Part shown: piece by piece, positions 1 through 7,191 of the stretch
Layout of the letters: each line of letters begins with the position of its first letter
Position numbering within the stretch: position 1 is the stretch's first letter
DNA from: Archangiaceae bacterium
Lineage (GTDB): Bacteria > Myxococcota > Myxococcia > Myxococcales > Myxococcaceae
DNA: 12,889 bases
Reading direction: 5' to 3'
Assembly: GCA_043750125.1 (NCBI GenBank)
Contig: JAYVCD010000189.1
Coordinates: forward strand, 1 to 12,889
The notes under the pieces: model-generated
Told to the model about the DNA's origin: nothing
What the model saw: only the letters and a program-made list of their open reading frames with translations
The model's database searches: none
Position numbers and translations under genes: made by a program

Positions 1-516
1 GGCGCCACGTGGTCGATCGCTGCCGTTCAATCGGGCGGCTCTTACTTCGAAGGCATCCACGGGTGCGGCGCAGACGAGGCGTGGATCGTGAGTTCTGGCG
101 GCAACATCTATCGGTATTCGTCCGATGGAGGCCTCGTCACCGAGTACGTCGGAACCACGTACCTGAACGCTGTCTTCTGTCACCCCACGGCGGGCGTCTG
201 GGCGGTCGGGCAATCCGGATTGGTGATGGTTCGCGACAACGCCGGCAACTGGGCTGTGCTTCCGCTTGGCCTGACTACCAACCTTTTCAGCGTGTGGGTT
301 TCCAATGCGGGCGAGCCATGGATTGTGGGGTCGGGCCGGACGCTGGTCCGGGTCGTCGATGGAGGAGCGGTCCCCTACAACCGTCAGCCCTATGACCTTG
401 CAAACTACACCGACGTAGCGGGCGCGGGTGATTCCCTCTGGGTCACCGGCTCGTACCCGCTGGGCGCTCTCTTCGACGGCGGGGTGATGGTTCAGTACCG
501 CGTCGGCGCGCTGTGA
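1..516 (+). CDS. 3' part of a beta-propeller-like (WD40/YVTN/BNR-like repeat) protein, probably secreted; 5' end lies outside the window
   Basis: Frame +1 is open from base 1 (GATWSIAAVQSGGSYFEGIHGCGADEAWIVSSGG...) to TGA 514-516. It has about four ~40-aa blade-like units with the pattern L-x-x-V-[WFH]...[VA]W[AI]VG-x-x-G (FEGIHG..EAWIVSSGG, LNAVFC..VWAVGQSG, LFSVWV..PWIVGSG, YTDVAG..LWVTGS). The listed 88..516 ORF is an internal-start version of this gene. Confidence 0.75.
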   Translation, partial: GATWSIAAVQSGGSYFEGIHGCGADEAWIVSSGGNIYRYSSDGGLVTEYVGTTYLNAVFCHPTAGVWAVGQSGLVMVRDNAGNWAVLPLGLTTNLFSVWVSNAGEPWIVGSGRTLVRVVDGGAVPYNRQPYDLANYTDVAGAGDSLWVTGSYPLGALFDGGVMVQYRVGAL

Positions 517-520
517 CTTC

Positions 521-687
521 GTAAGGCCCCCATTTGCGTCTGCTGCTGAGCGACGCCAGTTCGGCTCGTTGCAGCCGCAACCCACTCGCAGCGCGTTCGG
601 TTTGAGCGCTCGGCCTTGGCTGAGTTGACGAGCGCCGAGGTATTGAAGTCATCGTTGACGAGCCGACGGGCGTCGGTCTGGCCTTAC
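521..687. mobile_element. Candidate non-autonomous miniature element or internally deleted IS (IS66-like GTAA termini), or a structured RNA
   Basis: Terminal inverted repeat GTAAGGCC (521-528) / GGCCTTAC (680-687), with nested co-linear complementary pairs CGACGCC 551-557 / GGCGTCG 669-675 and TCGGCTCGT 561-569 / ACGAGCCGA 658-666. There is no target-site duplication (GTGACTTC vs AGGGGCGA) and no transposase. Confidence 0.3.
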
Positions 688-868
688 AGGGGCGAGCGCC
701 CTTCTGGTGCAGCTAAGACTTTCACGTTTACCGTCGCCAGGGACGCAAGGTCGTTCGCACCCGGGTGCCTGCAGCTCGAATGTGAACGCCCTCTCCGGTA
801 GCCGGCGCTGAGAAGGCGAAACGTCGTTGCAGCGCCGGGACCCGAGCTGAGCTACGGACCTCCACCCC

Positions 869-1339
869 ATGCACCCCAACGCTCAGGCGATCACCGACTT
901 CTACGAAGGCTTCAACAAGCTCAATGCCGGCCCGATGGTGAAGGTGTATGCGCCAGACGCGGTGTTCAGCGACCCTGCGTTCCCCAACCTGCGCGGTGAT
1001 GAAATCGGCGATATGTGGACGATGCTCTGCGGCAGGGCGAAGGGCTTCTCGCTCACCTTCCGGGACGTGCAGGCCGACGAGACGAAGGGCAGTGCGCACT
1101 GGGAAGCCGACTACCTGTTTCAGGGCGGCCGCAAAGTGCACAACGTCATCGACGCGACGTTCACCTTTCGCGACGGGAAGGTGATCAAGCACGTCGACGA
1201 CTTCAACTTCTGGCGGTGGAGCCAGATGGCGCTGGGTCTTCCGGGCTTGCTGCTCGGCTGGAGCGGGATGCTGAAGAACAAAGTTCAGGCTCAGGCGGGC
1301 GCGGGTTTGAAGGAGTTCCGCGCGTCGAAGGGGACGTAA
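869..1339 (+). CDS. Nuclear transport factor 2 / SnoaL-like (ketosteroid-isomerase-like fold) protein
   Basis: 156 aa with family-typical motifs: [78 protein letters not shown]3-rich codon usage. Confidence 0.9.
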   Translation: MHPNAQAITDFYEGFNKLNAGPMVKVYAPDAVFSDPAFPNLRGDEIGDMWTMLCGRAKGFSLTFRDVQADETKGSAHWEADYLFQGGRKVHNVIDATFTFRDGKVIKHVDDFNFWRWSQMALGLPGLLLGWSGMLKNKVQAQAGAGLKEFRASKGT

Positions 1340-1389
1340 CCCACCGTCCCTTGCGACTGCCCCGAGCTTGCGCCACTGTGCCTGACCGA

Positions 1390-3414
1390 ATGGTGCGAAG
1401 TGCCCGGTTCAGATTGGCTTGCCTTCTTCTCGCGCTGAGCGCGGCAGGCTGCTCGACCAGCGCAGGGGAGTGTGAGCCCGGCCGCAGCTACACCTGCTAC
1501 CCCGGACCCAACAACACCATCGGAATCGGAGAATGTCGCGCCGGCAGCTTTGTCTGCAGCGCCCAGGGCAAGCGCGGCGACTGTCTGGGCGCGGTGGTTC
1601 CCCACCCCGAGCTGTGTGACGACCGCGACAACAACTGCGATGGAACGGTCGACGAGGACGTGACCAACCCGTGCGGCGGCTGCAACGTCCTCGAGCACAA
1701 CCCGGGGGAAATCTGCCCCACCTGCGGCACCTACATCTGCCAGGGGAAAGAGGCGGTCACCTGTCCCGGCGGGACTCCCAACAACTGCCAGCAGTGCAAC
1801 CGACCGAACGTCGTCGGGCTGGGCCAGGCGTGCGTCGGGGACAATGGCTGTCCCGGCACCACCGGGTGCGCCCTCGACGGCGGCTCGGAGCCCGCGTGTC
1901 CCGGAGCGCGGAAGAACAACTGTGGCGTCTGCGGAATGACGACCGTCCCCGGCGTCGGTGACGCGTGCAACACCGGGGGGTGTGCCGGAATGCTCAAGTG
2001 CAACCCGGCGGGCACCGGCACGGTGTGCGGCGGGAACAACCGCAACAACTGCAATGTCTGCGGCGCGGTCGATGTCCCCGGAGTGGGGATGAGGTGCACT
2101 CTGACCGGCCCCGGCTGCGGAGTCTTGAGCTGCACTGCGGCGGGTGACGCGGGCGTGTGCGTCGCCGCGACCGACGATGCGGACACCGACACCATTCGCG
2201 GTCCCTGCGACAACTGTCCGACCGTCGCCAACGTCAACCAGTCCGACGTCGATGGCGATGGGAAGGGCGACGCTTGCGACAACTGTCCGATGATCGCGAA
2301 CCCGACCCAGCTGGACACTGATTCCGATGGGCGCGGAGACGTCTGTGACAACTGTCCGAACATCGCCAACCCGACCCAGGCCAACGCCGACAACGACGCG
2401 CTGGGCGATGCGTGTGACCCCGACGATGACAACGACGGGATTCTCGACGCGGTCGACAACTGCCCGTTGGTCGCCAACCCTTCGCAGGCCGACGCCGACG
2501 GCGATGGGAAAGGCGACGCGTGTGACAACTGCCCTTCGATGTCCAACGCCAGTCAGCTCGACACCGACGGTGATGGGAAAGGAGACGTCTGCGACAACTG
2601 CGCGGCGACTCCCAATGCCAACCAGGCCGACGGCGATGGCGATGGTCGAGGCGATGTCTGCGACAACTGCCCGACTCGCAGCAACGCCGACCAGGCCGAC
2701 AGCGACGGCGATGGGAAAGGCAATGTCTGCGACAACTGTCAGAGCTTGAGCAACCCCACTCAGGCCGACTTCGATGGCGACGGGAAAGGCGACGCCTGCG
2801 ACATCGTCATTTCCGAGCTGGCGGCGGCCGGGCCCAACGGCGCAGGCGATGAGTTCGTCGAGCTCTACAACCGGGGCCCGGTGGCGGTGAGCCTGGGCGG
2901 GTGGAAGCTGCAGTACCGTTCCGCTGCGGGCACCGGGTACTCGGTGATCGACACCATTCCGGTCGGAGCGAGCATCGGCCCCCGCGGCTACTTCCTGGTC
3001 GCGTCGGGCACCGCCGGCGGCTACCTCGGCACACCGGACCTGGTGGTGAAGACCGGCGCCGGGGTGGATACGACGATGAGCCTTTCAGGCACCGACGGGC
3101 ACGTGCGGCTGGGCCTGCCCGGCGTTTCCACCGCTTTGGTCGGGCTCGATGGCGGCGTGGATCCGCTGGTGGCTGACACCGTGGGGTACGGCGGCAGCGC
3201 GCTGGGGCCCGAGACATCGCCGGTCATCGGAGCCAGCTTCTCGACCGGTCAGTCGATCGAACGGAAAGCCAATGCGAGCTCGACCGCGGCCTCGATGACC
3301 ACCGGCGCCGACGTGGCCGCGGGGAACAACCAGGACACCGACAACAACGGTCTGGATTTCGTCATCCGCCCCACCCGTCAACCCCAGGGCAAGGTCTCTT
3401 CCGTCGAGCCTTGA
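1390..3414 (+). CDS. Cys-rich surface lipoprotein with MopE-like metal-binding motif, thrombospondin type-3 repeats and C-terminal lamin-tail domain (674 aa)
   Basis: ATG 1390 gives a signal peptide ending in a lipobox-like motif ([21 protein letters not shown]). It is followed by [17 protein letters not shown], four 6-Cys modules, eight DNCPxxxNxxQxDxDGDGxGDxC repeats and an LTD signature ([20 protein letters not shown].....SLGGWKLQY). The ORF-track start at 1015 overlaps the upstream gene and is rejected. Confidence 0.88.
   Translation: MVRSARFRLACLLLALSAAGCSTSAGECEPGRSYTCYPGPNNTIGIGECRAGSFVCSAQGKRGDCLGAVVPHPELCDDRDNNCDGTVDEDVTNPCGGCNVLEHNPGEICPTCGTYICQGKEAVTCPGGTPNNCQQCNRPNVVGLGQACVGDNGCPGTTGCALDGGSEPACPGARKNNCGVCGMTTVPGVGDACNTGGCAGMLKCNPAGTGTVCGGNNRNNCNVCGAVDVPGVGMRCTLTGPGCGVLSCTAAGDAGVCVAATDDADTDTIRGPCDNCPTVANVNQSDVDGDGKGDACDNCPMIANPTQLDTDSDGRGDVCDNCPNIANPTQANADNDALGDACDPDDDNDGILDAVDNCPLVANPSQADADGDGKGDACDNCPSMSNASQLDTDGDGKGDVCDNCAATPNANQADGDGDGRGDVCDNCPTRSNADQADSDGDGKGNVCDNCQSLSNPTQADFDGDGKGDACDIVISELAAAGPNGAGDEFVELYNRGPVAVSLGGWKLQYRSAAGTGYSVIDTIPVGASIGPRGYFLVASGTAGGYLGTPDLVVKTGAGVDTTMSLSGTDGHVRLGLPGVSTALVGLDGGVDPLVADTVGYGGSALGPETSPVIGASFSTGQSIERKANASSTAASMTTGADVAAGNNQDTDNNGLDFVIRPTRQPQGKVSSVEP
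1666..2160 (+). repeat. Four tandem ~38-45 aa six-cysteine modules beginning N[NP]CxxC
   Basis: NPCGGC..PGEIC.C.GTYIC..C; NNCQQC..LGQAC..C.GTTGC..C; NNCGVC..VGDAC..C.GMLKC..C; NNCNVC..VGMRC..CGVLSC..C. Confidence 0.8.
2209..2799 (+). repeat. Thrombospondin type-3 (Ca2+-binding) coding repeat array: eight 69-bp (23-aa) units plus one 39-bp (13-aa) [13 protein letters not shown] unit
   Basis: Recurrent GACAACTG(T/C)...GG(C/T)GATGG motif with a 69-bp period. The span is 591 nt = 8x23+13 aa. Confidence 0.9.
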
Positions 3415-3418
3415 GGCT

Positions 3419-3484
3419 TCAGCGGTCGGCGGGGACCAGGTCGATCACCCGGCGTTCCCACAGGTCGTTCAATTCCTGGGTCAG
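3419..3484 (-). pseudogene. Probable 3' remnant of a lost minus-strand gene (...LTQELNDLWERRVIDLVPADR*)
   Basis: 21 sense codons, 19 ending in G/C, with a TGA 4 bp from the convergent stop at 3414. The codon bias collapses immediately upstream (TTA CCG CCT ACA CCA GCA) and no credible start is present. Confidence 0.4.
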
Positions 3485-3547
3485 TGCTGGTGTAGGCGGT
3501 AACGGAAAGCGGCACCGCACGAGCACCACGTCTGCCTCAACGACTGG

Positions 3548-3955
3548 GTGCTGAGCCTGTTTCCCAGGGACTTCGTCGCGCTGCACCCCAACGTCCTGAA
3601 ATACCGCGAACGCATCGCGGTGCCCCTCGAGCAGCTGCAGCGCTACGGCTGTACTTTCGTCGCTTCGGGACAACTGCAGGGGACCCCGCTGGCCCAGCTG
3701 CTGCCGGACGAGCTCGGTCTGGAACGCGATTTCCAGGGCCGCATTCGCCTGGTCGATGGCGCGCTGGTCATCGCGCTGGCAGGAATGGACGTCATCGGGC
3801 TCGAGCCGATTGGGTTGCATCGGTTTCGCCTGCTCGGGGGGCCGCAGCACATGTGGGTCGACTTCGAGGTCGGCGCAGAGGGAGAGGTGCGGGCCCTGGC
3901 CCTGGTCACCCCCACCGAGAAGCTGCGCATTCCGGCCGTCTCCCAGCCGGTTTGA
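3548..3955 (+). CDS. Hypothetical protein resembling the DUF3471-like C-terminal beta domain of serine hydrolases/peptidases; probably a 5'-truncated remnant
   Basis: GC3-rich frame. RERIAVPLEQLQRYGCTF...IRLVDGALVI..G...LEPIGLHRFRL....VDFEVGAEGEVRALAL matches the L-x-x-Y-x-G-x-Y ... L-x-P-x-x-x-x-F ... F-x-x-x-x-G-x-V-x-x-L pattern. The GTG start lacks a clear RBS and the frame continues upstream to TAA at 3500-3502. Confidence 0.55.
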   Translation: MLSLFPRDFVALHPNVLKYRERIAVPLEQLQRYGCTFVASGQLQGTPLAQLLPDELGLERDFQGRIRLVDGALVIALAGMDVIGLEPIGLHRFRLLGGPQHMWVDFEVGAEGEVRALALVTPTEKLRIPAVSQPV

Positions 3956-4014
3956 TTCCCGTGGTCGACAGCGCGGATATGGAGGGCTAGAAGGCGCGGG
4001 ATTTCACGCCTTTG

Positions 4015-4020
4015 GGAGGA
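4015..4020 (+). promoter_or_regulatory. Shine-Dalgarno site of the liv substrate-binding gene, preceded by a hairpin at 3990-4013
   Basis: GGAGGA 10 nt upstream of ATG 4031; stem AAGGCG 3991-3996 / CGCCTT 4007-4012. Confidence 0.6.
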
Positions 4021-4030
4021 CCTTCATTCC

Positions 4031-5227
4031 ATGCGCTCCATTCTGATTTCTGCATTCGCGGCTCTCGTCGTCACCAGCTTTGGCTGTGAGAAGAAGACCG
4101 CCGCAGTCGAGGTGCCGAAGACCGCGGACGCCAAGAAGCTCGAGGGCACTCCCGGCGCGACGGCCGACACCGGCGACATCATTCTGGGCGAGGTCGGCAG
4201 CCTCACCGGCGCAGAAGCGGCGTTCGGAATCTCGACCCGCAACGGAATCGAGATGGCGCTGGAAGAGGCGAACGCGGCCGGCGGAGTGAAGGGCCGCAAA
4301 GTGAAGGTCGTCGTCTATGACGACCAGAGCAAGCCCGAAGAAGCGGCGAGCGCGACGACCCGGCTGGTGACCCAGGACAAAGTGATTCTGGTGTTGGGCG
4401 AGGTGGCTTCCAGCAACTCGATGGCGATGGCGCCCATCTGCCAGGACAACAAGGTCCCGATGATTTCCCCCTCGTCGACCAACAAGGGCGTCACCGAGAC
4501 CGGCGACTACGTCTTCCGCGTCTGCTTCATCGACCAGTTCCAGGGCTACGTGATGGCGAAGTTCGCGCGCGATGACCTGAAGTTCAAGAACGCGTTCATC
4601 CTCAAAGACGTGAAGAGCTCCTACTCGGTGGGGTTGACCGAGGTCTTCGAGAAGACGTTCTCCGAGATGGGCGGCAAGGTGCTCGGCATCGAAAGCTACT
4701 CCAAGGGCGACACCGACTTCCGGTCACAGCTGACGGCGATCAAGAAGCTCAAGCCCGAAGCGCTGTACGTGCCCGGTTACTACAACGACGTGGGCATCAT
4801 CGCCCGCCAGGCCCGAGAGCTTGGGGTGAAGACGGTGATGATGGGCGGCGATGGCTGGGACAGCGAAAAGCTGTTCGAGCTGGGCGGCAAAGCGATCGAA
4901 GGCAGCTACGTGTCCAACCACTACTCGCCCGAAGATCCTTCGCCCCGGGTCCAGAACTTCATCGTCAAGTACAAGGCGAAGTTCTCATCCGTCCCCGACA
5001 GCCTCGCCGCGCTGGGGTACGACGCGACGGGGGTCGCGATCGAGGCGATGAGGCGCGCTCCCAACCTTTCCGGCCCGGTCTTGAGGGACGAGCTGGCCAA
5101 AACCAAAGATTTTCCCGGCGTCGCCGGAAGCATCACGATGAACGAGAAGCGCGACGCGGTGAAGTCGGCCGTGGTGCTCCAGGTCGTCGACGGGAAGTTC
5201 AAGTACGTCACGACCATCAAGCCCTGA
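4031..5227 (+). CDS. livK: Branched-chain amino acid (HAAT family) ABC transporter substrate-binding lipoprotein, LivK/LivJ-like
   Basis: Lipobox VTSFG-C; motifs SLTGAEAAFG, GIEMALEEANAAGGVKGRK..VVYDDQSKPEEA, PMISPSSTN, YVFRVCFIDQFQG, DTDFRSQLT, ALGYDA. First gene of the liv operon. Confidence 0.93.
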   Translation: MRSILISAFAALVVTSFGCEKKTAAVEVPKTADAKKLEGTPGATADTGDIILGEVGSLTGAEAAFGISTRNGIEMALEEANAAGGVKGRKVKVVVYDDQSKPEEAASATTRLVTQDKVILVLGEVASSNSMAMAPICQDNKVPMISPSSTNKGVTETGDYVFRVCFIDQFQGYVMAKFARDDLKFKNAFILKDVKSSYSVGLTEVFEKTFSEMGGKVLGIESYSKGDTDFRSQLTAIKKLKPEALYVPGYYNDVGIIARQARELGVKTVMMGGDGWDSEKLFELGGKAIEGSYVSNHYSPEDPSPRVQNFIVKYKAKFSSVPDSLAALGYDATGVAIEAMRRAPNLSGPVLRDELAKTKDFPGVAGSITMNEKRDAVKSAVVLQVVDGKFKYVTTIKP

Positions 5228-5233
5228 GCCGAC

Positions 5234-6187
5234 GTGTACGGCTTTCTTCAGCATCTGATCAACGGCCTGGCCGCAGGCACCATCTACGCGCTGGTCGCGC
5301 TTGGCTACACGATGGTCTACGGGGTCTTGAAGCTGATCAACTTCGCCCACGGCGACGTGATGATGGTCGGGGTCTACGTCGGCTACGCCACCGCGTTTGT
5401 GCTCGGGCGCGAGCACTTTGGAACTTTCTTCGGGGTGATGCTGGTGTTCCTCGTCTCGATGGTCGCGTGCGGCGCGTTCGGGCTGTTGATCGAACGGTTT
5501 GCGTACCGGCCGCTGCGAGAGAAGCCGCGGCTGACCTCGCTCATCACCGCGATTGGCATTTCGTTCGCGCTCTCGTACGGCTTTCAGCTCGACTTCGCGG
5601 TGAAGCTCGGCGGGAAGAGCTACACGATTTTGCCCGGCGCGGCGTCGCGGGCGTTTCCCGAAATCATCGTCCCCACCCAGTGGTTCGAGCTCGGCACCGA
5701 AGAGCAGAGCGTGATCGTCTGGAACTGGCAGGTGATTTCCTTCTTGATCGCCGCGGTGTTGATGGTCGGGCTGCAGGTGCTGGTCTTCAAGACTCGCTTT
5801 GGCCGGGCGATGCGCGCGGTCAGCTTTGATCACCGCGTTGCGGCGCTGCTCGGCATTCCGGTCGACCGGGTGATCGCTGCCACGTTCATGCTCGGCAGCG
5901 CGCTGGCGGCCTGTGCCGGGCTGCTCTACGCGATCAAGGACACTTCGGTGCAGCCGCTGATGGGGATGTACGTCGGGCTCAAGGCGTTCGTGGCGGCGGT
6001 GATCGGCGGCATCGGCAACGTGCCTGGAGCCGTCGTCGGAGCGCTCGCGCTGGGCCTGTGTGAAGAGTTCATCGTCGGCTACACCTCGTCGAGCTGGCGC
6101 GATGCGGTCGCGTTCGGATTCTTGATTCTGGTGCTGCTCGCCCGGCCTGAAGGCCTGTTCGGCCGAATGCAGCCGGAGAAGGTGTGA
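5234..6187 (+). CDS. livH: Branched-chain amino acid ABC transporter permease LivH
   Basis: QHLINGLAAGTIYALVALGYTMVYGVLKLINFAHGD, IERFAYRPLR, TRFGRAMRAVS, GLKAFVAAVIGGIG, RPEGLFG. Confidence 0.95.
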   Translation: MYGFLQHLINGLAAGTIYALVALGYTMVYGVLKLINFAHGDVMMVGVYVGYATAFVLGREHFGTFFGVMLVFLVSMVACGAFGLLIERFAYRPLREKPRLTSLITAIGISFALSYGFQLDFAVKLGGKSYTILPGAASRAFPEIIVPTQWFELGTEEQSVIVWNWQVISFLIAAVLMVGLQVLVFKTRFGRAMRAVSFDHRVAALLGIPVDRVIAATFMLGSALAACAGLLYAIKDTSVQPLMGMYVGLKAFVAAVIGGIGNVPGAVVGALALGLCEEFIVGYTSSSWRDAVAFGFLILVLLARPEGLFGRMQPEKV

Positions 6188-7191
6188 TTCGGGGCGCGGC
6201 TCCGGTGCTGATCGCGGCGGCGGCCTGCGTGGCGCTGCAAGCCCTGCTCGGTCACCACGCCTTCTTCGCGTACCTCGCGGCGCTGGTCGGAGTGAACGTC
6301 ATTCTCGCGGTGTCGCTCAACGTCATCAACGGAATGACCGGGCAGTTCTCGATTGGTCACGCCGGCTTCATGGCCGTGGGCGCGTACCTCTCGGGGATCG
6401 TCTCGCTCTACACCCAGCAGGACCGGATTGGGCTGCTGCCCGAAGTGGTGAGCGACCAGGTGTTCCTCATCGGCTCGCTGTGCGCGGGAGGCACCGCCGC
6501 GGCGTTGTGCGGTCTGATTGTCGGCCTGCCCTCGCTGCGACTGCGCGGCGATTACCTGGCGATCGTCACCCTCGGCTTCGGAGAAATCATCCGGGTCATC
6601 GTGCAGAACACCCAGAGCCTGGGCGGGGCGCTGGGCCTGTCCGGAATTCCCCAGCGGGCCGGCTTCGGAATGGTCTGGTTCTGGGTGTTCCTGGTGCTGC
6701 TGATGGCGCGGCGGCTCGCGGCTTCTCCGCATGGGCGCAGCCTGTGGGCGATTCGCGAAGACGAGATCGCAGCCGAAGCGATGGGGGTCGACACCACCAG
6801 CTACAAGGTTCGCGCCTTCGTGCTCTCGAGCTTCTTCGCCGGAGTCGCCGGCGCGCTGTTCGCCCACTTCGTTCCCATCGTGAACCCGGGCAGCTTCACC
6901 TTCGTGAAGTCGATGGAGATCGTGGTGATGATCGTCGCCGGCGGGCTGGGCTCGACCACCGGCGCCTTCACCGCGGCGGTGTTCCTCACCTTGTTGCCGG
7001 AAGGAATGCGCAGCCTGTTCACCACCCTGGGCGGGGGGGACCCTTCGCTGGCCCAGAAGGTGGACCAAATACGAATGCCGATCTACGGGGTGCTGCTGGT
7101 GTTGATCATGCTCACCCGGCCCCAGGGAATCTTCGGGACCCACGAGGCGTGGGAAGCGCTCGCCCGGTGGAGAAAAAGGGCGCGGGCATGA
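6184..7191 (+). CDS. livM: Branched-chain amino acid ABC transporter permease LivM
   Basis: SLNVINGMTGQFSIGHAGFMAVGAY, LRLRGDYLAIVTLGFGEIIR, AIREDEIAAEAMGVD, GGLGS, RPQGIFG. GTGA overlap with livH. Confidence 0.95.
   Translation: MIRGAAPVLIAAAACVALQALLGHHAFFAYLAALVGVNVILAVSLNVINGMTGQFSIGHAGFMAVGAYLSGIVSLYTQQDRIGLLPEVVSDQVFLIGSLCAGGTAAALCGLIVGLPSLRLRGDYLAIVTLGFGEIIRVIVQNTQSLGGALGLSGIPQRAGFGMVWFWVFLVLLMARRLAASPHGRSLWAIREDEIAAEAMGVDTTSYKVRAFVLSSFFAGVAGALFAHFVPIVNPGSFTFVKSMEIVVMIVAGGLGSTTGAFTAAVFLTLLPEGMRSLFTTLGGGDPSLAQKVDQIRMPIYGVLLVLIMLTRPQGIFGTHEAWEALARWRKRARA

Noticed and set aside
521..687. Integron attC site or retron msr-msd as the explanation of the long inverted structure
   Set aside because: The ends are TAAG/CTTA rather than RYYYAAC/GTTRRRY, and there is no integrase or reverse transcriptase in the window.
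739..752. GGGACGCAAGG resembling part of a c-di-GMP-I riboswitch
   Set aside because: The upstream GGCAAAC/GNRA P2 stem elements are absent.
616..879. Short ORFs 616-801 (+), 649-879 (-) and 443-652 (-) in the intergenic region
   Set aside because: They lack an RBS, consistent codon bias and recognisable motifs.
1015..1389. N-terminal extension of the TSP3 protein ORF
   Set aside because: It overlaps the SnoaL-like gene out of frame, and the signal peptide and lipobox begin at ATG 1390.
2209..2799. 69-bp periodic repeat resembling a CRISPR array
   Set aside because: The repeats are in-frame TSP3 units with synonymous third-position variation. There are no identical repeats with unique spacers and no cas genes.
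1390..3414. Assignment as TraA/TraB, CglD or Mts protein
   Set aside because: No OmpA, vWA, PA14 or MYXO-CTERM region is visible and the expected partner genes are not adjacent.
3979..3990. Mini-ORF ATG GAG GGC TAG upstream of livK as an attenuator leader peptide
   Set aside because: It has only three codons, no Leu/Ile/Val codons and no RBS.
6480..7187. 541-aa ORF implying an extended or fused LivG
   Set aside because: It is an off-frame reading of livM. The real start is the ATGA-coupled ATG at 7188.
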